From: Octopus bimaculoides
Taxonomy: Eukaryota
DNA length: 64,000 nt
Assembly (NCBI RefSeq): GCF_001194135.2
Contig: NC_068992.1
Location: forward strand, 36,671,021 to 36,735,020
Direction: 5' to 3'
In this document: in pieces, positions 25,001 through 36,718 of the stretch
Layout of the letters: the number at the start of each line of letters is the position of its first letter
How positions within the stretch are numbered: the stretch's first letter is position 1
Program-made: the position numbers and the translations under genes
Notes under the pieces: model-generated
The model's input: only the letters and a program-made list of their open reading frames with translations
Database searches by the model: none
Told to the model about the DNA's origin: nothing

Positions 25001-27347
25001 ATTAATACCTTAATCCGGCTCCTGTACTCCTCAATCACCAAAAGAGACTTATTGAGTTTCCAGTAGCCGGAGCCCTTGCTACATAACTTATCTTGGTGCA
25101 GTTTACATGTGACCATTTTATGATCACTGTAAATGACCAAGTAAAATTGTGGGCACGTAACTATACACTTATCTATTTTCCTAATAAGGATCTTATCTAT
25201 GTATGACGTCGAAGACCCGGCGCTATTTGACCACGTCCACTGTGGAGCGTCCGGGAATTCTAGTCTGTAGGGATCTACCATCTGGAAGTGACTTAGTAGA
25301 TCCCGGAAGCCACAGTTTGGTCTCCTATCGGAATTAGAGCCAACACTATCCACTCGTGCATCGAGAATAGTGTTAAAGTCACCTAACACAATTAAGGAAC
25401 GTGGCGTGCTTAAGAACTTCTCCAAATCTCTAAAATAATCGGTTTGCCTCAAATTGGGTGCGTAAACAGCCACCAACTCGATTTCCTTACCACAGCTGAA
25501 TGTCAAATCTAAGACGAACGACTAGTCTACCTTCTGGATCTGAAAAAAACCAACTTTTTCTCTGAAACTCGGGTCTTTTATATGAGGACCAACACCCTAC
25601 CCTGCCCCTCGGTCGGCCTGCAGAAATGAATTTCTCGTAGCCATCCAGGAGCGAGATCTCTTGGTCCTTTTAACCGAGTTTCAGTAGCAACAATAACATC
25701 TAAATGACTTGACGTCATTTAGGAAACGCCCTTGCTTTCAGCTCGACGCCAGGCCACGCACATTTATACAACCTACGTGAACAGACATAATGGGAAAAAA
25801 ATAACAACTTACTTGGTGTCGGGAGGCGGAGTGGGGGGATCTGCCTCTTTTTGTTTTTCTCGAGCCCGTGGAGTCGTATTGATGAGGCCCTCAAATATTT
25901 TCTCGGACAACATCGTTTCTATAATCGTTAGCACAGATTTGATAAAGTTTCTTTTCCGTTCTGTATATTTGTCTTCCATCTATTTTATAGTTTTCGTCTC
26001 CGATTTTCTCTGCATGGACGGTTGTTAGTTTATTTAATAGGTCTCTATTAGAAACCCGAACCGCCAGGTAGCACATTTCTGTCTTTTTTTCCTCTTCTGA
26101 TTTCCTCGCTTTTTTGTGGCTCGGAACTAATATATCTCTTTCTTTCTCCGGTGATGCGGGTTCCAATTTTCTCTTGTTCTTTGTCTCTAACCAACCGTCC
26201 TTTCCTTCTGGTACTGGGGTCGTTTATTTTTCATCTGTGGATCCACATACTGTATTTTCCTTCCTGTTTTCCGCTTCCTTCTTCCTTTTTTTCTTCTTCA
26301 GCTTTTTTACAATCCACTCTGAGGTGGCCTTTCTTGCCGCACTGGAAGCATCGTGGCTGGCACCCCTCCACTATTACTGCCAACCGGGTCTCACCAACCA
26401 CGACGACCTCAGTTATTTCTTCCAGATTTGTTTGTTCCGCTTGAACAATGATCTTAACATTTTGACCGAGCCAATTTCTTGGCTCCATCACTTCGGCCTC
26501 TAGGATTGTCACTTTTTCCTCTAGGCCGTTTGTGACCGCCGCGACAAGCCACTCCGGGTCCAACTCAGAGGGCATACCATTTATATTTATTCGGGATATC
26601 CTTCTGCACGAAGGATATGGGCAGCAGGACCACCTTCTCGGTTCTTAGGGAGTCTATTGAGTGGAGTTGTGCAACCTCCTCTGACTCCATTCTGACCTCA
26701 ATAGTTGCATACTTTTTTCCTTTCGTAACGTACTTGATTTTGTGCCAGATAGGCTTTAAACACTTTTCTGTTTCGGTTTCCACCACATAATCTATTTTCT
26801 TCTCTTTAATTTTAAATGTTTTGAAAATAATGGTTCTTTTCTCGGTTTCTTCTTTTAATTCTTTGGGCGGTAACACTTTGGTTTCGAAGCTTTCTCTTGC
26901 CAGTAGGTATTTATGCATTTGTAAGTTGTTTATATTGATTTTCTTTATTTTCGCACCGGCTGCTTCTGCGAAGTTCAACGTTTTTTTCACTTTTTCTTGT
27001 TTTTCTTCTATTTTTTCTTTAGTTTGAAGACTTGCCACATCGACATTTCTCCTTGATGTTGCTGCCTTCTTTGTCGTTCTTGGGGCTTCCTCGTCTGTAT
27101 CTGTTAAGAGAACTTTTTCACATATCTTTTCTATCTCCTCCGCACTCAAGCTGGAGGGTCCTGCCATTTTTCCATGTCTCTCCCCAACGGGGAAAAACAA
27201 CAAATGCTTCGACAAACAATCACAGCGAATAACAATTTTCAACAACAAGCAATACTCTGACCTTTAACAACTTCCTCCACCAACTCTGTAATGTAATCCA
27301 AATTCGAACCAGTAACACACTCCAAACAAAAAAAGTGGGGGGGGGGG
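22026..27347 (-). mobile_element. L1/Tx1-type LINE copy B, near full length
   Basis: ORF1 CFQCGKKGHLRVDC; APE VYAPN, LGDFN, WTW, YIDKI, YSDH; RT FRPISLLNAEVKIL, DQVEAFDRVDH, VRQGCPLS, YANDI. Confidence 0.93.
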
Positions 27348-27837
27348 NNNNNNNNNNNNNNNNNNNNNNNNNNNNNNNNNNNNNNNNNNNNNNNNNNNNN
27401 NNNNNNNNNNNNNNNNNNNNNNNNNNNNNNNNNNNNNNNNNNNNNNNNNNNNNNNNNNNNNNNNNNNNNNNNNNNNNNNNNNNNNNNNNNNNNNNNNNNN
27501 NNNNNNNNNNNNNNNNNNNNNNNNNNNNNNNNNNNNNNNNNNNNNNNNNNNNNNNNNNNNNNNNNNNNNNNNNNNNNNNNNNNNNNNNNNNNNNNNNNNN
27601 NNNNNNNNNNNNNNNNNNNNNNNNNNNNNNNNNNNNNNNNNNNNNNNNNNNNNNNNNNNNNNNNNNNNNNNNNNNNNNNNNNNNNNNNNNNNNNNNNNNN
27701 NNNNNNNNNNNNNNATTTGAAAAATAAAACATATCTGAACTGAAGCCAGGGATTGAATTATGGACTATTACGATTTCATTTATCTAAATCAAGCTATTTT
27801 GACAACTTTGAATGGTCTCCTAAGTTTGCTAATACAT

Positions 27838-27987
27838 AAATTCAACTTACGGTGAACGTAAACAAACAAAGTTTGTTTTTTTAGAAGCGTTGAGATGTAT
27901 TGAAAGATACAGAAATAATTTTTTTTTTATCTTCAAACGCGTGATAATGCTAATGAAATAACGTTAAATTCATCGTAAGTTGAATTT
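27838..27987. mobile_element. Possible 150-bp MITE
   Basis: Inverted repeat AAATTCAACTTACG(G/A)TGAA at both ends with TA dinucleotides at the borders. Confidence 0.4.
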
Positions 27988-28357
27988 AATGTTAGCGTCT
28001 TATGAAGCTAAATTTATAAGTTCTAAAATTGCAAAAGAATTCGTTACTGGGCAGTTTAGCTTAAAGGTAAAACACTTGACGCGTAATCACAGGGATGTTA
28101 GTTCGTGTCTTATGGCTGGCCGGTAACGTACTTTTCTGCAATGTAGGGATAATCTATCCTGTTCACGCTATTTTACTAATATATATTTACTGTCATTAAA
28201 ACAAGAATATAACATATGCCAAACGAAATAAGTTAAATATTTCGTTTAGAACAAAACATCCAATCTAAGTTAAAAATTGATTCAAAGTGAAATATGCATG
28301 CTCTTTCTCACAATTTTACACATTTCTTTCACATTTTAGCTTTGTCTGTACTCACTA

Positions 28358-28695
28358 CATGAAGGTCAGCTTGAAAAGTCCAAAGTACTATTATGGAATA
28401 CGATCAAATAAGGTTTATTTTTCAACATAATCCCACTTTTTGTCCACCCACTTCCCCCGTGGGTATTGCAATAATTGGGTCCCATTGGTAAAGAAACTTT
28501 CATTTTGTTGGTCAAAAAATGTCATCAACAACAGATGTGACATCATCATCAATGCGATACTGGTCCCCAGCCAAGAGTTTTTCATGTTCGGGAACACATG
28601 ATCAACCAGTTTAAAGCCACAGGCATGCACATCAACTATTGAAAGCAAGGACTTGTGTGTTGGAGCATTGTCCTGATGAAACAATATAGCATATA
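28358..28695 (-). mobile_element. mariner 3' fragment with TIR
   Basis: FHQDNAPTH and terminal KKWDYVEK; TA followed by TIR-like CATGAAGGTCAGCTTGAAAAGT; YSPDL motif deleted. Confidence 0.8.
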
Positions 28696-29159
28696 TTTCA
28701 GTTTATAATTTGGTAGGTAAACGTTAACGAAACACCTTTGACCACTATTTTTGTTCTTCTTTATATTACAAAACTTTAAGATGAAAATATTTGATTTTAA
28801 TCAGTCTCACGATTGTTGTGACATTCTGTCTCGTCTCTTTGTATATATAGGACTGCATTTTCAATTGTTTCCATCCCTAATTTAAGTGACAACCGTTATG
28901 AAATAAATGTAGCTGCTATATCGATAGCTGTACTAGTGGAAGTACTATAAGGTAAAGCGTTACAGACGTAACGTTCTCGCAGTTTGTGCATCAATAACTC
29001 AATAACTATATTGTTCAAATAAAATGGATTTGAGAATTTGATATTGGAATGTTTTGGTTGTTGTGTATATTTACCAAGGCTGATATGTCTAGTGATAAAA
29101 TTGCTGGTGTTAAAAAGAGTTCTTGTAACTACAATATAACTTTTTTATTTATGTAAATA

Positions 29160-30150
29160 CGAGTGTGGACCGAAAAGTTCATAGGCTGACTATGAAGAAT
29201 TGATGCTAGAGCTGTGAAATCTTTGCATGCATTAATTTCAGCTCCTCTTACTGCATTGTTTCTTTCCAGGAAAACTGACATCTGATTGTTCAAAGAAGAC
29301 TTCAAAAAACTAATTGAAAATTGACAAAATTTGGCATCGTGGTTTTATCGAGTACCTGCAGAAAAAATGATTTAATCTCCAATGACATTCATGTTCACAT
29401 AGCTGCTATATTAGATGACATTCCAGCTTTATCAACAGACCAAATGTGGGCAGCTCAAAAGGGAAGGGAAAGTCTTGAAGATGATCCAAGGTCTGGACGT
29501 CCTACAAGTGCCCCCAAAGCGTAATATATTGACTGTGTTCACCACATGGTGAAGTATGACAGCAAATGTTGTTTGTATAATCCCTTGAGAGAGTTGATAT
29601 TCTGCATACTGAACTTGAAATGATGAAGGTTTCTATTCAATGGCTTCCACGTCTTCTGACACTTGATCAAAAGCGGATTGGGCTGATCACCATTACGGGA
29701 AAATCTGACATTGTTTCAGGCAGATCCAGACGGTTTTGTTGGACTTTTCTTAACTTAGGATGAGTGTTGACTTAATCACTTTGAGCCAGACACGAAGAGA
29801 CAATCAAGGCAGTGTTAATACCTCTCCTCACTTACTCCATAGAAGTCTAAAATCGTTTCATCTACAGGGAATGGGATGGCTTCAGCTTTTTGGGATATGA
29901 TATGCATTTTTTATTGACTATATTCCATGAATGGAGAGTACTATGTCAACTTGCAAAGGTATTTACGAAAGGTTATCAAGACCAAACACCCAGGAAATCT
30001 GACATAAAGGGTCTTGTTTCATTAGGACAATGCTCCAGCACACACGTCCTTGGTTTCAATGCTTTCTGTGCGTGGCAATGGCCTTTAACTGGCTGATCAT
30101 CCTCCCTGTCCTACTCGTTTGACCCTATCTGGCTATTATCTGCCCCCGAC
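29160..30150 (+). mobile_element. mariner (DD34D-type) pseudogene
   Basis: TA-CGAGTGTGGACCGAAAAGTT TIR; GRESLEDDPRSGRP, WLPRLL, DEC, FWD, DNAP motifs. Confidence 0.85.
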
Positions 30151-31729
30151 ATGCTGTCGATGCCTCTTTTTTGCTGAAAATTTTCTGCGAGAAAATTTTG
30201 GCTGTTGATGTACTCGTAAACGCTTTCTGAAAGTAATCCTGTTAACGGCTTCCACACTAATGGTAAGTAATTGGTCTATAATTATTAGCTGTATTACCCT
30301 AGCTTTTATCTTTCATAAGGAGTACTGTTCTCCCTATAGTCATATAATTAGATACGTTTCCTTCATTCAAGCAATTCTGAAGTTGTTTTTTCAGTGTCCC
30401 ATTTAAGCTAATACATTTCCTTAACCAGTACCGTTGAACTGATTCTGGTCCTAGGCCCTTCCAATTTGGCATTTTTACTCAAACTTAGCTCATTAAAGCA
30501 CTAGTAAGTCTTAGATCTGGCTGCTTCTCACTAACTACTTCTTCCTTCACTTTCTTTAACCATGATGCTTTTCCGTTATGACTGACTGGCTTATCCCAAA
30601 TATTACACCAGAACATTCTCGCTTCTGCATTAGGTTTTTCACTTTCAGTACTTTCAACAACAACAACAATAACAATAACAACAACAACAACAACAGGTTA
30701 GCATGTGAAATACATGAAACTAATTTTCCGCTGCTAAAAATTTTAACACCGCCATCACCATTACTGGAACAACAAAAGAGAACAATGTCAACAATAAGTA
30801 ACAACAACAACACTAGCAAGAACGCTGACATTTCCAACACTACCACCAGCTGTAACAGTGGATCCATCCCCACCACCACCAACAGCAACACAAACACAAA
30901 CATTTATACAATAGAATAGCAGCCATTCTTATTTTTACACAATGAGAACGGTTTCGCACAAGTGTGTCATCGACACGTGTCGAAAAAATGTAAAGTAATG
31001 CCAAAGCACACTTAATACAGAATGGGAGAACAATATTTCTAAAGACACAAAGGAAATATAAGAAGATACTAGAAAAAATATTATCTTAAAGTGTATTTCA
31101 TCAACAACCAGGAGACTAGAGCGAGCGATTCAAGTCCAGCCTGAAAAATGCCCAAGACAAGTCTGGGGAATGGAAACTTATGTTGCTTTGGCACAGTTGA
31201 GATGAGAGCCCCAGCTGAAGAAATATCCAAAGAAACTGCAACAACGACCCTAAAACATGAGGAATGTGTAGTGAGAATATATATTCAGTACCAGGTGTTG
31301 ATATGGCTGCGTGTATATTAATACAGAGATGAAAAATAAATTCAAGAATTATATATTTACTACATGAAAAATATTTTTTTATTTACTGGTCGATGATGAT
31401 ACATAATCAAAATGTAGAATCTAGTTGAATGAAATAATCTATGCAAGAAAGTTCAGAGATAGGAAATAATAGCTAAGTGGTGGCTTTCAGTCATGTGGCG
31501 TACAGAAATAGACGGACAAGTCAGTAATGTGAATGGCTCTAAGTCTAATCGACTAAGAAGCGAAGAGCAGAGTTAGCAAGACATTCTAGTAACTTCCAAG
31601 AGAAACGCTAAGCTTTTTGAATAATTAAGAATCACGTCTCATGACACAGATGATTCGAGAAACTTGGTAAATGGAGATTACTCTGTAATCCTTCTTGCAA
31701 AGGGGATCATTCAACTATTTAGCTACATA

Positions 31730-32360
31730 GACCACTACAAATGCGTAGCTAGCCAATTATCATATATGAGGCAGAAGTTACCGCAACCCTAAATAATGAT
31801 ACAACAAATACGAAAACCTGGACTATGTGAAGGAGAATTTTAGAATTGCTATGCCAATTACATAGCCTCCTTCCAGACAGAAGCAAAGCTACTAAGTTGG
31901 CTAGTTATGTATGGAGTTTGAAAGATACCGAAACACTGAAAGTAATTGAGAAATCAATACCTTATGTTAATGGATCGAATAAATGTAGGCTCTGTTTGGC
32001 TGAAAGAGCGCAAATCCTGTTCAGATCTAAGATCCCTAACTCTCTACTGAAGTCTAGGTCTGAAATTTTCATCGGTTGCAAGCATATTTATATATATGTA
32101 CATATACATATGCTTATATATGTATATATATATTGAAGAATTGGAAAATTCCGCCTGTTCCTGAGCCTTATAATTTAAGATCTACCTTTTTTCTTTACTT
32201 TTTTCATTATAGTTTTTGTGTTTTCGTTTTCCCATTTTTTAACCTTCCGCGTTTTCTATATGCTACCTTCTGAGTTTTTTCGCGTTTCGTTACATGTGGT
32301 TTGTGCCTGATGAATATGTTTGAGATATTTCCCAAGATATGAAATTATTAGTAGCACTTA
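31730..32360 (+). mobile_element. Penelope (tentatively Naiad-like) GIY-YIG 3' end plus pLTR
   Basis: TKLASYVWSLK..CRLCLAE..KSRSEIFIGCKH followed by a hammerhead candidate. Confidence 0.8.
32303..32357 (+). ncRNA. Minimal hammerhead ribozyme candidate (imperfect helices)
   Basis: GTGC-CTGATGA-ATATGTTTG..CAAGATAT-GAAA-TTATTAG-TA-GCAC. Confidence 0.6.
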
Positions 32361-32900
32361 AAGACATATATTGTATCCTTTAAATAAATGATATTTATCT
32401 TTCACCAGATGGCAGGGCCGGTCCCAGGAATTTTACGAAGGGAGAGCACAAGGTCAGAAGGAAATACAGTTCCAGGAGAAAAGGCCGTTATAGCATTATT
32501 TAGATGGACGCACTCCTCTTCTTAATGGGGAAGGGGCACATACCCCACCTTGGGTCCGACCATGGATGGAGTACTTTTTTGTTGAATTTTCCATCAAGGA
32601 ACAGTACATTATATATATATATATATATCTGTATGCTTCTCTCTTCATCACCTATGTGTACCTATGTGCATATCTATCTGCACGCGTAAGTGTGCATGTA
32701 TTTAGCAGCACATATTTCTATCGGTTTCGTCTCTATATTTGTATAGTATATTTTATGTGTCTGTTAGGCTTTTCTGGTCGTGTGTGTATTTCTCTACATT
32801 TAGTAATTTGTATATATGAAATATGGCTGCAATGTTTGCTTCTATCCATGCATATATATACATAAATACACACACACCCATCCCCACACACACACACATA

Positions 32901-33138
32901 CACATATATATATCTGTAAAAATATGTGACAATTATTCGGTAGCCATGATAAAACTCCGAGTTTCGGATGCCGGAGCGGAAACCCACGCCGCCATCTCTT
33001 CAGTTATCTGGCCATTGAAAATTCCTATGAAAATGACTACCGAATAATCGTCACATATTTTTACAGATAATTCCTCTATTTACATAATATCGAGGTCTCT
33101 TTCTTTTGTTGTCTTTGCTATCAATATATATATATATA
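32901..33138. repeat. Fold-back copy of the family alpha terminus
   Basis: 32901-33038 matches ~66-179 forward; ~33035-33130 is the reverse complement of ~1-96; ~35-bp inverted arms enclose ~100 bp. Confidence 0.85.
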
Positions 33139-34488
33139 TTTGAAGAAAAGCAACACAAATTCAATAGGTTATAGCAGTACGTACGTTTCGTACAAACTTC
33201 ATTTATTCATGTAGTGAGAACACTACATAAAATGTACAATGAAAATGTACTCCTCAGCTGCATAATGGAATTTTATTTTAGAAAGTCATTTTGTAGATGT
33301 GTGCAAAGAACAAGAGTAAGAGAAGAAAAAATACCATCTTGACTGGGCTGCTATTCAACAGTCTAGTGAATCAAACAAGAATTTAATTTCTATATATACT
33401 AATTGGAGGGGTAGTAGTAATTTCAATTTAGAGGAAGGTAGATTAAGTAGTAATGGACAGCAGGTTAGGGATAAATCAAACAAGAGAAAAGAAAATGAAA
33501 ATGGAAGGACAATACCCTAAGGAGTGGTTAGAGAAAATTTAAGGTAAGGGAATTTAGGTCAAGGTATTGGAGAATTATATCTATTCCTCAGTATATTTAG
33601 AATGATACAACAAAACACTAAAGTATTAAATTTAAAACCATAGGGAACATTAATGATTAAATTAGAACAAGACAAACATTTATAGTTAAAATAAGATATA
33701 CATTAATGTGGGGTAGTAGAATAGAGATATTATTTATAAGTAAAACCACAATATTAATGGCCAAAAACCAGAACAAAGAGAAAGGGGGGAGAAGGAGGAG
33801 GAAAAAAGGGGGGAGGAATAAAGTTAGAAGAACAGGACTGAATTAAGAGAATTAAAGCTAAGGTTTTCGAAAAAGTAATATGGTAGAAAAGACTCAGAAT
33901 TACCTAGAGAAAAGTAGAAATATTATCAGTGGGTTGAGAAAGGTTAAAATGTATTCAAAATTTATATTTAAAAGCTATAACTCAAATAAAGTAGTTAATA
34001 GTCATGGAAATGAGAGGAATTAAAATAATAAATTATTAGCAAGATTTACTTGTTAAAATATTTACTTTTTAAAATATTTAAAGGTGTGAGAATAACAATG
34101 TACACATAGAACCCTAAGGTCAGATCTATTGTTAATTAGATTAGGATTATCCTTAAGTTTAAAAATTTCAGACAATTTTCCATTTAAGATTAAAATCGAT
34201 ACTATTTTCCTTCAATTCCCAAATTTTATTAGATAATGATGTGCTATTGGCTTTATGTTTAAGTCTAAACGAGGAAAAATGATTGTATAATCGTTGTTTA
34301 AGGTTGATTGTGCAACCAACATAAATGTAATTATTAGTTGGAGTAGCTACTGTACATTTATAGACCACATTACGGGTTAAACAATGGCCAGATACCGGGC
34401 AGTGGGCTTTAATTCTACAATTGCAATTAAGGGGCACGAAACGTACGTACTGCTATAACCTATTGAATTTTTGTTGCTTTTCTTCAAA
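33139..34488 (-). mobile_element. 5'-truncated Penelope (family beta, tentatively Naiad-like): GIY-YIG fragment plus pLTR, bounded by a 52-bp inverted repeat
   Basis: CNCRIKAHCPVSGHC..VVYKC..YIYVGCT..RLYNH; 33139-33190 is the reverse complement of 34437-34488 with one mismatch. Confidence 0.9.
33169..33265 (-). ncRNA. Minimal type-I hammerhead ribozyme candidate
   Basis: TTATGCAG-CTGAGGA-GTACA-(51 nt)-TGTAC-GAAA-CGTACG-TA-CTGCTATAA. Confidence 0.8.
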
Positions 34489-34646
34489 TTTTATTCACCA
34501 AATCTCTTGATTTTGTTTTTGGTTTTTACCCTACCAAATTCTGGTGCCTCAAACATTTTAAGTACTACATTCAATCTTTTGATTAAATCTATATTATATA
34601 TATATACATATATATATATATATTCTTTTACTTGTCAATTGACAGT

Positions 34647-34699
<53 letters not shown>

Positions 34700-34719
34700 C
34701 TGTGTGGGTTAGAAGTTGA

Positions 34720-35900
34720 GAAACCAACTAAGAGATAGTACTTATCCAATATACTGCTTGTAGTGTACCCAATTATTCATACCCAAGTACTAGACATTGC
34801 TTGGCAATCTCACAATTGAGTGATTTACCCTTGATTTATACGGCAAATAAGAAAGTTGAGAGAATACAAAATCGACAGACATCGGCCGGTAAACATTCTA
34901 GTATGTCTATTTATTCCAGTGTATTAGATGAATACATACACATTTATTAGTAGTACAGAATATCAAATAGAAAAAGTTGGTAATTGCAAGAACAAGGGTG
35001 TGGAAGCATATAATCATATAGGAACAGGTGATTAATTGAGTAAATGAGAAAATGAGCAGATTATCAGTGGGTGCTAGTTCCTTACGGCCGTTTCTGCCAA
35101 GAGGCAACGAAATCTTCCAGGTTATTTCCATCTCTTCAATGTTATGTAGGGATGAGCAGGTAATGCTTGGATAATGAATGTGCCTCTAGGCTTCGTCAGA
35201 GGATCTAAGTGGTTGGGAGGGCTAACGCATATAAAAACAGTTAATAATAGATACAGTGTGTTTCTCTTTTTTTAAAACAGTAGAAAAGGAATAGGAGTAA
35301 GAATAAGTACAACCACGAGGAAGTACATCTGAGTGTAATGATTTGGGTATAGCAAGGAGAAATAAGATACAGACTTCCCGCGATGTAGTATAAGATCCAT
35401 GTTATTTCGTCCAATGGTGGATAGGTGAATATAGTCGTTTCCAGGAGGAGTTTTATTCAGGAACGATAATTCTAGGCAGTAGTTCACATTATGTTTACAT
35501 AGAACGTCAGTGGTGGGTTTGAAGGTATGGTCCGAATTACGGAGGTGAAAATTTATAGGTAAAATGCCATGTTGGGGGTGGTATGGCATAAGCAGCTTAT
35601 GATGATGAACCCATCTTGGGGAATTTGGTATATGAGTGCATTAATGAGAGAGAAGAACCAGGTGGGGACCAAAGTGTGATGTTAGTGTTCGTTACTTTTT
35701 GCCCATCAACAAGTCTCGGAATCCCTATGTGTAGCGGGGTGGGTTATGGTCAGTCATACAACCATGACGTGGTTCTGATTTGTTGATGGTTAACAAATAA
35801 AACAAAACAAATCAAATAAATGAATAAAACAATGACCAGCAAACGAGCAAAATAAAATTAATAAAATAAATAAATAAGTACGATAACTAAAACAATTAGA
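34720..35900 (-). mobile_element. Probable Penelope pLTR region (family gamma)
   Basis: Pyrimidine-rich minus strand carrying the hammerhead at 35074-35208; no clear coding motif; boundaries approximate. Confidence 0.4.
35074..35208 (-). ncRNA. Hammerhead ribozyme candidate with extended helix II
   Basis: TTAGATCCT-CTGACGA-AGCCTAGAGGCA-(74 nt)-TGCCTCTTGGCA-GAAA-CGGCCG-TA-AGGAACTAG. Confidence 0.7.
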
Positions 35901-36339
35901 ACTATGGGAAGAGAATCCTAAAGGACAGCATAAGAAAAGTAAAAGAGTATAAACGTATAAAAATATAAAAATATAAAACATATATCTATCTATCGGGGAA
36001 TCTACTGTATATGGGCAAACGTCTAGTATTATAGTGAGTAGTAGCTGGACAGGGGATCTATTGTTGACGGAAAATGGAGAAGAAAAAATATAAGTATCAC
36101 AATGAAAATGTAATACATATAAGATTCAGGATACATATGTAGAAGCATGGCGTATAAGTGTATATATATATATATATATAGGTGAGAAAATTGGTATGTG
36201 AAAGCCCGTGGTTGGATGTATAAAAGATAAACAAGAGTGAAAAAACTACAGGAGGCTTGTGTTACATGGTTAAAGTATATATTTAAAATATGTCAGAAAA
36301 ATGTTATAAAATTTTTTTGGTATATAAACATCGTATTTG

Positions 36340-36378
36340 GAGAAATTACCGGTTTCGTGTTGTCTTTTCAAATTTCTC
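36340..36378 (-). ncRNA. Decayed hammerhead (core mutated)
   Basis: GAGAAAT-TTGAAAA-GACAACAC-GAAA-CCGG-TA-ATTTCTC: 7-bp helix I and palindromic helix III intact, core differs from CTGANGA at two positions. Confidence 0.5.
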
Positions 36379-36681
36379 TACTTCATGGTAACATGTCTTC
36401 GGTCCCGTGGAAGCACCTTGGGCTTGTGTGGAATNNNNNNNNNNNNNNNNNNNNNNNNNNNNNNNNNNNNNNNNNNNNNNNNNNNNNNNNNNNNNNNNNN
36501 NNNNNNNNNNNNNNNNNNNNNNNNNNNNNNNNNNNNNNNNNNNNNNNNNNNNNNNNNNNNNNNNNNNNNNNNNNNNNNNNNNNNNNNNNNNNNNNNNNNN
36601 NNNNNNNNNNNNNNNNNNNNNNNNNNNNNNNNNNNNNNNNNNNNNNNNNNNNNNNNNNNNNNNNNNNNNNNNNNNNNNNNN

Positions 36682-36718
<37 letters not shown>

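Noticed and set aside
30556-30919. Asn/Thr-rich ORF, and a similar one at 46285-46774
   Set aside because: Explained by (AAC)n/(CAA)n low-complexity sequence; no domain signal.
31208-31240. CTGAAGA..GAAA on the plus strand
   Set aside because: No helix II or helix I complementarity.
32413-32566. Possible MITE with CAGGGCCGGTCC ends
   Set aside because: Terminal inverted match is only about 11/15 and no TSD was seen.
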